Source: Antedon mediterranea (taxonomy: Eukaryota; Animalia; Echinodermata). From it: a stretch of 64,000 nucleotides of DNA. Under the pieces are notes generated by a model. That model was not told the origin of the DNA. It saw nothing but the letters and a program-made list of their open reading frames with translations, and did not search any database. Shown in pieces: positions 23,734 through 35,700 of this stretch. Both the position numbers and the translations under genes were made by a program. Location: NCBI RefSeq assembly GCF_964355755.1, contig NC_092677.1, positions 3,246,101 through 3,310,100 on the forward strand, read 5' to 3'. The stretch's first letter is position 1, and the number at the start of each line of letters is the position of its first letter.

Positions 23734-26700
23734 TTAAGAATAAATTGTGATGACCTCTCTTCCTCCTCCACGAACCATTAGAACACGTTCAAGACCTTCT
23801 GTTAAGACCTCAAGATATTCCATATCTGTAAAATTTTAAGGAAAATTCTTAGTATTTAATTTCACGTTATAACGTATAAAAATTGAGAGCACATTATTGC
23901 ATGTAATATCACAAACAAAAATATTAACAACAATTATTCATTTTGAGGTTCATAAAAAATAAAGATAGTAAACAGTGGCAAAAGGCATCCTTTGCTTTCT
24001 TAACACTTTGACTGCCAGAGGTTTTTCCAGTTAGAAACTGCCACCGCCAGCGTTTATAGCCCAATTCGATGTTTTTATTAAAGCTGATTGAAACTATGTA
24101 TGTGATCTGATTTACATGTAATTTAGACTAAAATAATCATAAAGATTTTAGCATTACAATGGTACCAAGAACGATTTTCAAATCGCAATATGTAAATCGT
24201 AACAGTAAAATGAAAGTAACCCACTTTTTGAGTTTTTTGTAGTTTCGCGCAAGAAAGTCGAGATATTCGCGATTTTGTGCAAGACATCACAATATGAAAA
24301 TATCGCCCGGTGAGATCAACAAACAACGAAAAAGTTACTTACATGGCACCGGTAGGCCTATAAAAACAAGTTATGACTATTGAAAAATGTATTTCATTTT
24401 ATAAATCATAAATCTTACATCAATGTTTCGCTAAAATCCACATAGTAAAGACACCAGGCCTAGTTAACTAGGCCTAAAGTTGGTCCGGTACCGTTTTACG
24501 ACTAGGCCTAGGCTATAGCCTAGTACTACTAGCCTAGCTAGTAAACTGATGATAATATTCATACCATTTCTAAACAAGTTTGTTGCGTGAAACTCGGCCA
24601 CTTACAGTGAAACACCAAAACAATTAGGGTATACATACAATAATAAAATTAAAGACTTCATATTGAAAATTCATCCATTATTTTTTATTCAGATAACAAA
24701 CAAACATGCCAATCCACATAAACCTTTGTAATGCTTCGGCGGCATATTTAGCGCGCGACCGGTAAACCATCCAACCCAACCATCGCTGTACGCGCTACTG
24801 TGATGTGCGGTGTATGTTATTTCGACAGGTACCATTTTGACAATCGTTCGTAACCAGATTAGTTACTTTCAAAAAGTAAATTATTCACGGTCCAGACCGA
24901 ATATAGTGTCCATATTTATAGTATATACCAATAATTAACCTATCTACCGGATTTCGTAAAAAAACGTGAAAAACGAAGATCTTCGTGTTTGGCAGTCAAG
25001 CGTTGTGTTTCCAAAAATGAAGATCTTCGTGTTTGGCAGTCAAAGTGTTAAGCCTCAATGGGTCTCCTTTCATTTGATTTTGGGATCTTGTCAAAATTAT
25101 TCTACTGCAGTTACTGCATTAGCTACATATTTTACAGCAATAATGTACGAATTTAGTTTACAGTCACTGCAATAAACAGTGTGTATGATCACTCCCCAAA
25201 AAGCTTGCTAAATAATTGCATAAACAGGTTAAAGAATAAATAAAATAGAGCTGTACTGCAGTAACTGCAGTGGAATCATGGTCACTTAGGTGCAGCTTAG
25301 GTAGTCTATGGAAGTAGACATGAATTTGTTAAAGGATACAGTTTTGTTCTTTTCGTTGCAACTTAGGTGGTCCAGGCAAGTTTAATATTACAAGGTGAGC
25401 TTTGTGAGACTTCTCCACGATGATCTCATTCAGTCTAACGGCTGTGTGCATTCTACGTACATTACGATCAGATCTAATTCAAAAAAACAAAAATTAACAT
25501 GGAATTTAAATTCATGATTTTGTCTTTAACTACATCATTTAAAACCTCAACAACGACCAATAATCTAAATTTTAACACAATTTCTATAAAGCTCTGTCCA
25601 CACTATCAAACTTTATGTGACAATAAAGTATGATGTGCCCATATATGGACACGATGACATCACTACCATATTTGGGCACATCACACTTTTTTGTCAAAGT
25701 GGTTTGATAGTTTAGACAAACCTCAATACTATTATTATGTATGTCTTTTCTAAAGCTCTGTCCACACCATCAAACTTTATGTGACAAAAAAATGTGATGT
25801 GCCCATATATGGACATGATATTTGGGCATATCACTAACACATTTGGCTACATCACACTTTTTTGTCAAACTAGTTTGATAGTGTAGCTTAATACTTACGG
25901 TTTAATGTCAAGCAACCCATCAGTATCATTATCAGCTGCATCAGCCTTCTGTTTCTCAGGTTCCATGTCCATTAAATCAATATCGTCTTCCGTAACCTCA
26001 CTTATGTCCGTTAAATTTGACACATTCAGCACTTCTTCCTTTTCACTTTCCTCGTCAAATGGAGACGACTCTTGTCGGGCAAATCGAACCTTACGTCCAG
26101 TATTTTTTGCCGGAGAGGCGCCGTCGGTTTCACTTGCAGGGATGTGATGAAGATCAACAATTGCTTGAGCCTATATCATTAATTAAAATGATTTAACTTG
26201 TATGACCTATGACCTTTAAGACTAGAGGTGGTTCAAATGTGAGATAACTTACATCGAAAGAGCTCTCTTTACGTGATTAAACTACCCTTGTATGACCATG
26301 ACCTTTAAGACTAGAGGTTTCAAATGGGAGATACTTACATCGAAAGAGCTCTCTTTACGTGATTAAACTACCCTTGTATGACCATGACCTTTAAGACTAG
26401 AGGTTTCAAATGGGAGATACTTACATCGAAAGAGCTCTCTTTACGTGATTAAACTACCCTTGTATGACCTATGACCTTTAAGACTAGAGGTTTCAAATGG
26501 GAGATACTTACATCGAAAGAGCTCTCTTTACGTGATTAAACTACCCTTGTATGACCTATGACCTTTAAGGCTAGAGGTTTCAAATGAGAGATACTTACAT
26601 CGAACAAGCTCTCTTTACGTGATTAAACTACCCTTGTATGACCTATGACCTTTAAGACTAGAGGTTTCAAATGCGAGATACTTACATCGAACAAGCTCTC

Positions 26701-29700
26701 TTTACGTGATTAAACTACCCTTGTATGACCTATGACCTTTAAGACTAGAGGTTTCAAATGTGAGATACTTACATCGAAAGAGCTCTCTTTACGGGTGAGT
26801 TTCATCTGGCGCAGTAGTTGGGTCCTCTGTTCCATCAACAAAGTTCTTTCATACGTGTAAGCTGAGATGTCACAACCAGGCTAGCAAAACAAATCAATTG
26901 GTTACAAAGTATAATCATTGTTATAGGGTTGTGGCCAGTTGGATAACACAGAGGCCTGAGCTGGTTTAGGGACGCTAAGTGACCTCTGGAGGCCTTGGGC
27001 GTTTTTAGTCTTTTTCAACATATTTTAATGCCTTATTTCTCCTTTGGTCCTGTTCAGGGGCCCCTATAAGCACCAGAGCCCTTATAGCCGTTATGCCACT
27101 GGTTGTGGCTATAAATATCTACAACAACAATACTTAAATGCAAAATGATTTGGGTAATTAATTTACCAACTCAACAACTTCAATCTCGGCGTCAATTCTC
27201 AAATGATACAGAAATGTTTTTAAATCTTTCTTCATTTGAATGCTGTTATCTTCCATTTCTGTTGAATATTGTTAAGAAGCATTTACTTTCATTATGGTTT
27301 TGCCATACATGGACATGATGATGTCAATCATTACCATATTTCCAATCCCAAGGTCTGGGGTTCAATCCTGACCTAGTACCAGGCTTGTATTAAACTCACA
27401 ACTCTTCAACTCAACTCCCTAAGTCTCAAATGAGACTTGGTTTATAAGCGTAATAAATTATAAAATAGTTTATCCATCCTGTAATTGGCGAGTTACTTGC
27501 TGTTGAATGAGTATGAGAAGAAGAAAAGGAATAGCACTACTGTAAATGCTGTGAGCATTGGAACACAACAAAAGGATACGGGCCACAGTGTATATCTTCA
27601 TAGTACAGTTCTTCCATACTTTGTGTTGTCTTAGGAGGAACGGCAGTAACATTAGCATACCACCGTCATCTGAACAGCAGTTAAGGAATTAGAAATCAAA
27701 TTATATACAAGAACAATAGCTAGAATAAGGAATTTTTACATAGTATATTATATATACAAATCATTTTTAAAATACAAATAACAGAATATTAAGTAAATTA
27801 AACATGTAGTGTGGATGATATCAAATTTTATTTTAAGCTATTTTAGCTATAAAGTGATCATGGTCAATAGGGTGGGGTAAGGCTGCACTGAGCAAAAACC
27901 CATTGACATTCTTCATTAAATATTTATTGTTAATATTAATTAATATGTGTACACTCATCTTTGCAATAACATTTCTATTTGTTTAACACAAGAACAATAA
28001 TTGTCAATAACCCATCTTTAGTAAAAAAATAGATGAAAAAATATATGAAATAATATTAAAATAATAAAAAATATAATAACATAATCAATAAAAAAGATAC
28101 GGACAATCCACCAGACGTCAATACTGCCCCCTTCCAGCTTCTGATCGTTGCTAGGAAACAGCGTTATGTTCTTTGGAACAAGAAGTGCGTTATGCATTGA
28201 GGACACGTTGCGAACAACATCTAGAAAACATACAAAATTTATATTATACATTGTAAAAAACAATAGGTAAAATAATGCTACAATATTGGTCAACTTAATA
28301 AAGTTTACACATTTAAGGGTTATTGATTGAATTTTATTACTCGATTTTTAATATAATTGGTTTACACTTACTGAGGAAGACTCTAAATGCTCTGTCATCA
28401 GTAGACTGTCGCCACCCGTAGGGCCAACCAGCGATTACTGTATTATGTTGAAGTCCACCCAGACCAGACATCTGGATGCTGTAAAAAGTAAGTATAATAA
28501 TACTATAACAAATAATATTTGAAATAGAATACAGTAAAAACTACCGAACTATTAATCTATTAAAGGGACACTCCTATTAAAGGGACACTCCTATTAAAGG
28601 GACACTCCTATTATTATTTTCCACAATAGTGATTATTATTATTACATACAATGATACTTAAATTCTAGTGTGGTCTGGTGCTTTATTTATGGAGATCCTT
28701 ACCATGCAGAGATACCATCATTGACATCTCTTGCTATGAGTACTTGGTGAAACCCTTTTACTTTCTCCTCAGTCATAACCTTTCTTAATTCCTGTCAATT
28801 AGAAAGAGTAAATAAATGATTGGGACTATGATAAATGTGTAAAGACCTATAATTTACACAGACGAGTGGTAACGGTAAGCAGAAAACCGCAGAGATCTGT
28901 ATCTATCCTGAGCGGAAACTGCCCGTCAGTTCCGCGTTTTGAGTAAATGGTCATAACAAATACCATAGATTCTATATTTTTATTACTGATACCGTCGTCT
29001 CTGTAAATTGGTCTTAAGTCTAATTTGATTACAAAATATGACAAAATACAAACAACAGATTTCTGAGCATGCTCACAAACCAGTGTCGTGATAGCTTCTG
29101 TATGCATGGCTTTAAAGGCCAGGTGCGGGCAAAAAATTTCTATTGATCATACATTCCAATAATTATCGATCTATAGTTTCCCCTATGTTTCATAATTTTG
29201 GGGATTTTATTTGTGTTACTTTCATATCAGTGGGGGGATAGTTCAAATTACACAGTAAAATCTCTATTCTTTTGTACACAAATTTAGAAAATAGAGAGGT
29301 ATTTTAAAAAGCTATGAAAAATAAACGGTGTGGTAAAAAATGTTATCAGATGACTAAATATAGGTAATATAACTTGAATTTTACATTTCTGGTATTTTTA
29401 TTCAACTTCAGAATTCTATTTTCATGCTATAGCAAAAATTATCCACTGTATATCCACTATGTTTTTTCACCTTCTAGGGTAACTACCTAACTACTGAAAA
29501 AAAGTCCAAATTTTGTATTTGACCATATTAGGGGAAATTCAGGGTTTTTCGTCTTGATTTATGGTACAAATATTTGATTTATGTACAATTAACCAGATAT
29601 TATATTTAAAATTCATGTCTGTACCTGAGCTTTAAATGATTCAAGCACCTATAGTATTTGATATACATTTGAAAATTCCGTATTAACAATTAATAATCCA

Positions 29701-32700
29701 AACCTGTGCGGCTGCTTGACTGTCTGGATACTTTGTTGTGTAGTCGCCCTCTATAACTGAGCTGACGAGAGTTAAACCACGACCAGCTTTCAACTGGCTT
29801 GCAAAGCTCAGCAACCTACGATGTTTTGGCAATAACTCCTCATCCAATTTGCACAGAACTAACACTTGAGGTCTAAAGAGCGAACAAAATAATTTAAGTA
29901 ACACCTAGTTGTTCCACGAGACACCAATTTAAACAACAGCAGAGTTACCACTAAGAAATACTGTATTAATTTTCCAAATCATTTACTGATAAGACATCCT
30001 ATATTGTATAATTCTTGACTCGTTTTACACAATCATTTTTATTCGCTAAAGCATACCTCCAGTTTTTGGTGTGAGGAGGTCCTTCTTCTAGCCTTAGTAA
30101 GCTGTAACGTGCAGCTTGTAAAGACAGACCACGCAGTCCGTCTCCCCACTCTTTTTCGGCCCTATAAAAAGAACATTTGAAATAAGGCTAGAATGATTTT
30201 CTTTTTTTTTAACGTTTATTTGGGTCAATGCAAATTATTTGTGTACGATGCATGAATTTGTGTCATATCTTTGATGTTATGTCTCTTGATCACTTTCTAT
30301 TTTATTTCCTAATGTTAAACCTCTAAGTAACCTACCCTCTGTACTCAATGTATTTGTATATACAACCAGCCAGCGCCATTGCAGCTAATGCGTAATACCA
30401 ACTAGATATGAACATCAACGACACGCACATCACCATGCCGATGAATGACAACGACCAATGGTAGTACTTGAAGCGAGGGCGCCAGTTGGGTGTCCGTAAC
30501 AACGTCTGTAATGCACAGGCTAAGTTCACAAACATGTAACACATCAGGAAAAACCTAAAAAATGTAAACAAAATTGAGGTCAGATACAACATATACAAAA
30601 ATATAATTAAAATAGTGTAAAAAATGGTCAGATAAACTTAAGTACTTTTAAATGGAATGAATACTCACATAGTGATAATAGGAGCTACAGAATCAAGTTT
30701 AGCTATGATAATTCCGAGTTCAGAAATAGCTGCCGTTAGTAGTAAAGCCCACGTAGGCTCTCCAATTGCTGAACCTTTACCAAAAACAGCGAGGAACGGA
30801 ATCAGGTTGTCCTTAGCGATGGCTTGCAGTAGACGTGGAGCTCCTGTTAAACTCTGCAACCCAGCTCCGATGGTAGATAGAAACGAACCAATCAGAATTA
30901 CCCATTGTGATGGCCATGCTATGTTGGCAACTACTAGCCCTCCATCAATACTTTCCCCAAATCTAAAAAAAAAATTATATCATAGACAATTTTTTTCCCA
31001 AAATTATAAGGTTGAAAAATAGAGAGGGACCATCAAATATGGCTGCTCCACAGTGGACAATCAGATAGTTCATTTTGAAAATGAAATGCAATTTAAAAAA
31101 AAAAATTAAAGCGACCATTTTAAGAAGACCCTGTCCTGTTCACATGACATTCTATGGAATTGTGCAATATTATCATTATAATTTTGGGTGGAGTGGGAAA
31201 ATCCAAAGTTAACTAAATTTAACCATTTTAATTCAGCCGTTGCACAAACAGGAAGAGGATACAATTTATAATAAGATGGTGTTAATGTATAAATTGGCAC
31301 TGTGCCCTATGGCTTTCATTATATTGGAAGAAAATAAAGATACACACATACTATGACAAAGTGATATTCTACTGCAGTTACTGCAGAAACTACAGTTATT
31401 TAGAAAATCTTTTGAGAGGTAGATCATACATAATTATTTCTATCACTGCCTCACTGACTAAAATAATACATCATTGCAATAACAAAAATATAGTTGAATA
31501 ATTGTTTACATATCATCATTTTTTATTATATAAAAACTGAAATATATAATCATGTACAGCCAACTCAGAGGACCCAAATTCTATCCCACTATCAAAAATG
31601 ATTTTTGAAAAAAGAAATCAAAATTTTTGGGCCAGCTTTATGTTTTGGCCAAGTAGTAGAGTAGTAAAGTAGTTGCTCCTTACTTATCTCTCAGTATTTC
31701 CCCTCTTACTGCACCAGCAAAAAATAATACACATGTGATATCTGTAAAAAACCTAATTAAAGAAAAAATAATATTGAATATAAAGAAATAAATAAAATCA
31801 ACACACAAAAAGTTGTCATTTACAATAAATAATACTACCTGTACTTGAATAGGAAGATTTGGACCTACACAATATGCATATTGTGATATAGGTCGTCGAC
31901 TTAAATTCCACCAAGAAGAAATAAAGTGAGTAATCACATTACAATAGCGCCACCACCTGTATATAAAGATTTTATTATAATTGTTGTAATTATTGTATTT
32001 GCTCCCAAACCCTTCCCATCATGCATTGTGCAATGACGTTTCTCGCGAAAATCAAGCTATTTGCGATAAACCTTATTTCTCTGCACATTAATAGTTCCTG
32101 GGTTAAAGGTCATTGCAAATCAATACCTCCATACTATATGCAAATGAGTACTTGGTAACCTTTCACCTTTTTATTTAAAAAAAAGGATACAAATCAAACT
32201 GGTGGTGAAGATGGCGCCTAACGTTCCTCGTGGAATGGAGAACTGCGCATCTTTAAGGTCACCTGACCTATTACTGCCCGCCATAATTCCTGAAATAGAA
32301 AACATGAAAATGTTTAAAATCTTGTTTGTTTATAATCTATGTAGAGTATGTGCTTTTGTTTGACTGTTCTGTATATTTATTGTTATTGCTATTTTATTTT
32401 GTTAATTTTTTAAAATTCAATTTATTTTAATTTAATATATTGTATGCTATTGTCTTGTCAAATTGTATGTTTGTGAGGGTCCCTAATAATCAGCTTTGGC
32501 TGGATGGAGCACTCTCGTAAAATATTGTTGAAATAAAAATAAACATCTTACCTGTTACAGAGGGGAAGAAAATAGCTAGAAGTATTGTAAATGATGTTGT
32601 AATATCGGACACTATCTCGTTTGGACCTTTTCCTTCTTCTCGCGGTAATACTTCTCCGCCATCACGGTATAAATTCTTTAAATTGTCTATGGAGAGACAA

Positions 32701-35700
32701 AAAGGAAAAAATAATGGTGATATCTATTAAATAATGAAATACTATAGGTACTTTAATTAATAGACTTTGATCAAAAGTACAAGTAAAATAAACTAAATAT
32801 TTTTTAAATTACAATTACCTTTCAGACAAATCTATAGAATTGACAAATAATTTGTCTATGGTACATTTCCAAATTATAGATACAGCAGAACCTTTATTTT
32901 AGAAAAGTATATGCAGGCTGTGTGATGTTTAAATACAGTGTTATAAATAAAAAATCTATATATTTTCTATCAATAAAAACAGTCGCTGCTGTGTAGGGGG
33001 AATGCACGTATGTGGATTGTCTCACAGCCATGGCGTTGTGGAAACTAGTTGTTGATTTGCGCCCTCAATGTAAAAAAATAACACACTATTTATGTAATAA
33101 ATTAATAAAAATGATGATGTCATCGGTAATTTCATGAGTATGTAAAATCCAGGGTACGTAAAACAACAGGTTATATTGTGTATGTATTACCTGAAAACAA
33201 TCCATTTCCTAGGCCTGGAATTGCTGGCGTTAATTTTGCGGAGTGTTTGCTTAAATAACTCACACATTCATCGACTTTTAGGTCATCAGCATCACATAAC
33301 GACTGCCCTAGTGTACTCGGCACCGACGCGTTGCCTTGGAAATATAACGTACACTCCTCTATTGATCGGAAGTCAGAATGGATTGCTATGTTGTCATCCA
33401 AACAGCAAAATCTAGATATTATAATAAAAAATGTGATATGAGAATGAGTACATTTATTTAAGTATATTTTTATATTGAACATACATTGTTTTTTTAACAA
33501 TTTCTCTGTAAACTCTGGTTATGATACTTGGCTACCAATCAAGGGTCCTGGGTTCAAGTCCTGTCATATGTCAGGATTTTTTTTATAATGACAAATTACA
33601 ACTCTACTCCTAAAAACTTTGTTTATGTAGAGCATTTTGTGTATATGTTTGTCTTGTGAAAAGGATTACCACCTTTAAGAAGGATAGTGAATTAATTCGC
33701 TTAGTATTCCTTAGCAATTTGCCTAAATATATAAACAAACAAAAAACCACAAAATATTCTCAATTTAGAGTATTTCCAAGGATAGCCATAGTGAGTTTAC
33801 TGTCCTTCTCAAATGTACCAACCCTATTCACAAGATTATATCAAAATAAAATACATACTTACTGTAAATCATTCGGTATAAAAACGCCAATATATATGCA
33901 GAAGATGGAGATAACGACGCAGAATAAGAAGAGGAGGGCGCACTTGTTGACGTACTTAACCCCGACAAAGACAAGTAGAGAGAGAACAAATAGAATGATT
34001 GTTCCATATACTCTCATGTTATTCAACATGTCTGGTGAATTGCTTGTTGTGCCACTACCTACGCCATCATCAAATATTGCAATCACTGGCGCTATATATA
34101 CCTATATAAATACAAAATTGTATACGTGCTGATAACAAATATAATTTTTTTTTTCCTAAACAAACTTACAGCACAAAAATTCAAAATTTGTTCAAGAGGA
34201 AATTGTCCCTTTTAAATTGTCCTTTTCAAATTGTCACTTTTGTGACAAAAACCTTTAAAAAAAAAGATCGTCAAAAAATTCATTTTTTTTAAATTACTGT
34301 ATCTTTGTGTTTTATTTTTGTTGCTTCAATTTTTTCTTATGTATTGAATGGCTTAGAGCGTGGACGAAATGTTTGAAACTATTTGCAAGAAAGTTTGCAT
34401 ATGCACACATATGATTCTCTTGTGCACATTATAAAACCCACACAACAGAAAGAAATCAAACTAAATTGACTATAAAATAAAAAATCTAATTCTTACCAGT
34501 AAAATCTCGATGGCACCAAGAATATACATGGAAGATGCAAATGTGGTACCAAGATAGAAGAGGACACCAACAGCGCCACCAAACTCAGGCCCTAATGCTC
34601 TGGAGATCATAAAATATGAACCACCAGCTGGAACAACACCATTTGTTGCCACGGCACTCATAGAGATAGCAGTTAGTGAAGTCTGGGGGGGAAAAAGTAA
34701 AATGAACTTTGATTGGATGATTGCAAATCCAGTTTCCAATCTTTCTTTCACGCCAAACTGGCCATTTCTCTGGCCTTGTCTACATTATCAAATGTGATGT
34801 GCCAATACGGACATGATGATGTCATATCACTACCATATTTGGACATATCACCACCATATTTGGACATATCACTACCATATTTGGAGATATCACTACCATA
34901 TTTGGGCATATCATCACTACCATATTTGGAGATATCACTACCATATTTGGGCATATCACTACCATATTTGGACATATCACCACCATATTTGGACATATCA
35001 CCACCATATTTGGACATATCACCACCATATTTGGACATATCACCACCATATTTGGACATATCACCACCATATTTGGACATATCACTACCATATTTGGAGA
35101 TATCACTACCATATTTGGAGATATCACTACCATATTTGGGCATATCACTACCATATTTGGGCATATCACTACCATATTTGGGCATATCACTACCATATTT
35201 GGAGATATCACTACCATATTTGGGCATATCACTACCATATTTGGACATATCACCACCATATTTGGACATATCACTACCATATTTGGACATATCACCACCA
35301 TATTTGGACATATCACCACCATATTTGGACATATCACCACCATATTTGGACATATCACCACCATATTTGGAGATATCACTACCATATTTGGGCATATCAC
35401 TACCATATTTGGGCATATCACTACCATATTTGGGCATATCACTACCATATTATTTGGGCATATCACTACCATATTTGGAGATATCACTACCATATTTGGG
35501 CATATCACTACCATATTTGGACATATCACCACCATATTTGGACATATCACTACCATATTTGGACATATCACCACCATATTTGGACATATCACTACCATAT
35601 TTGGACATATCACTACCATATTTGGACATATCACTACCATATTTGGACATATCACCACCCTATTTGGACATATCACCACCATATTTGGGCATATCACTAC

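Noticed and set aside
21840-26793. CRISPR-like appearance of the 44-bp, 20-bp and 87-bp arrays
   Set aside because: Pure tandem repeats with no unique spacers, no cas genes and a eukaryotic context.
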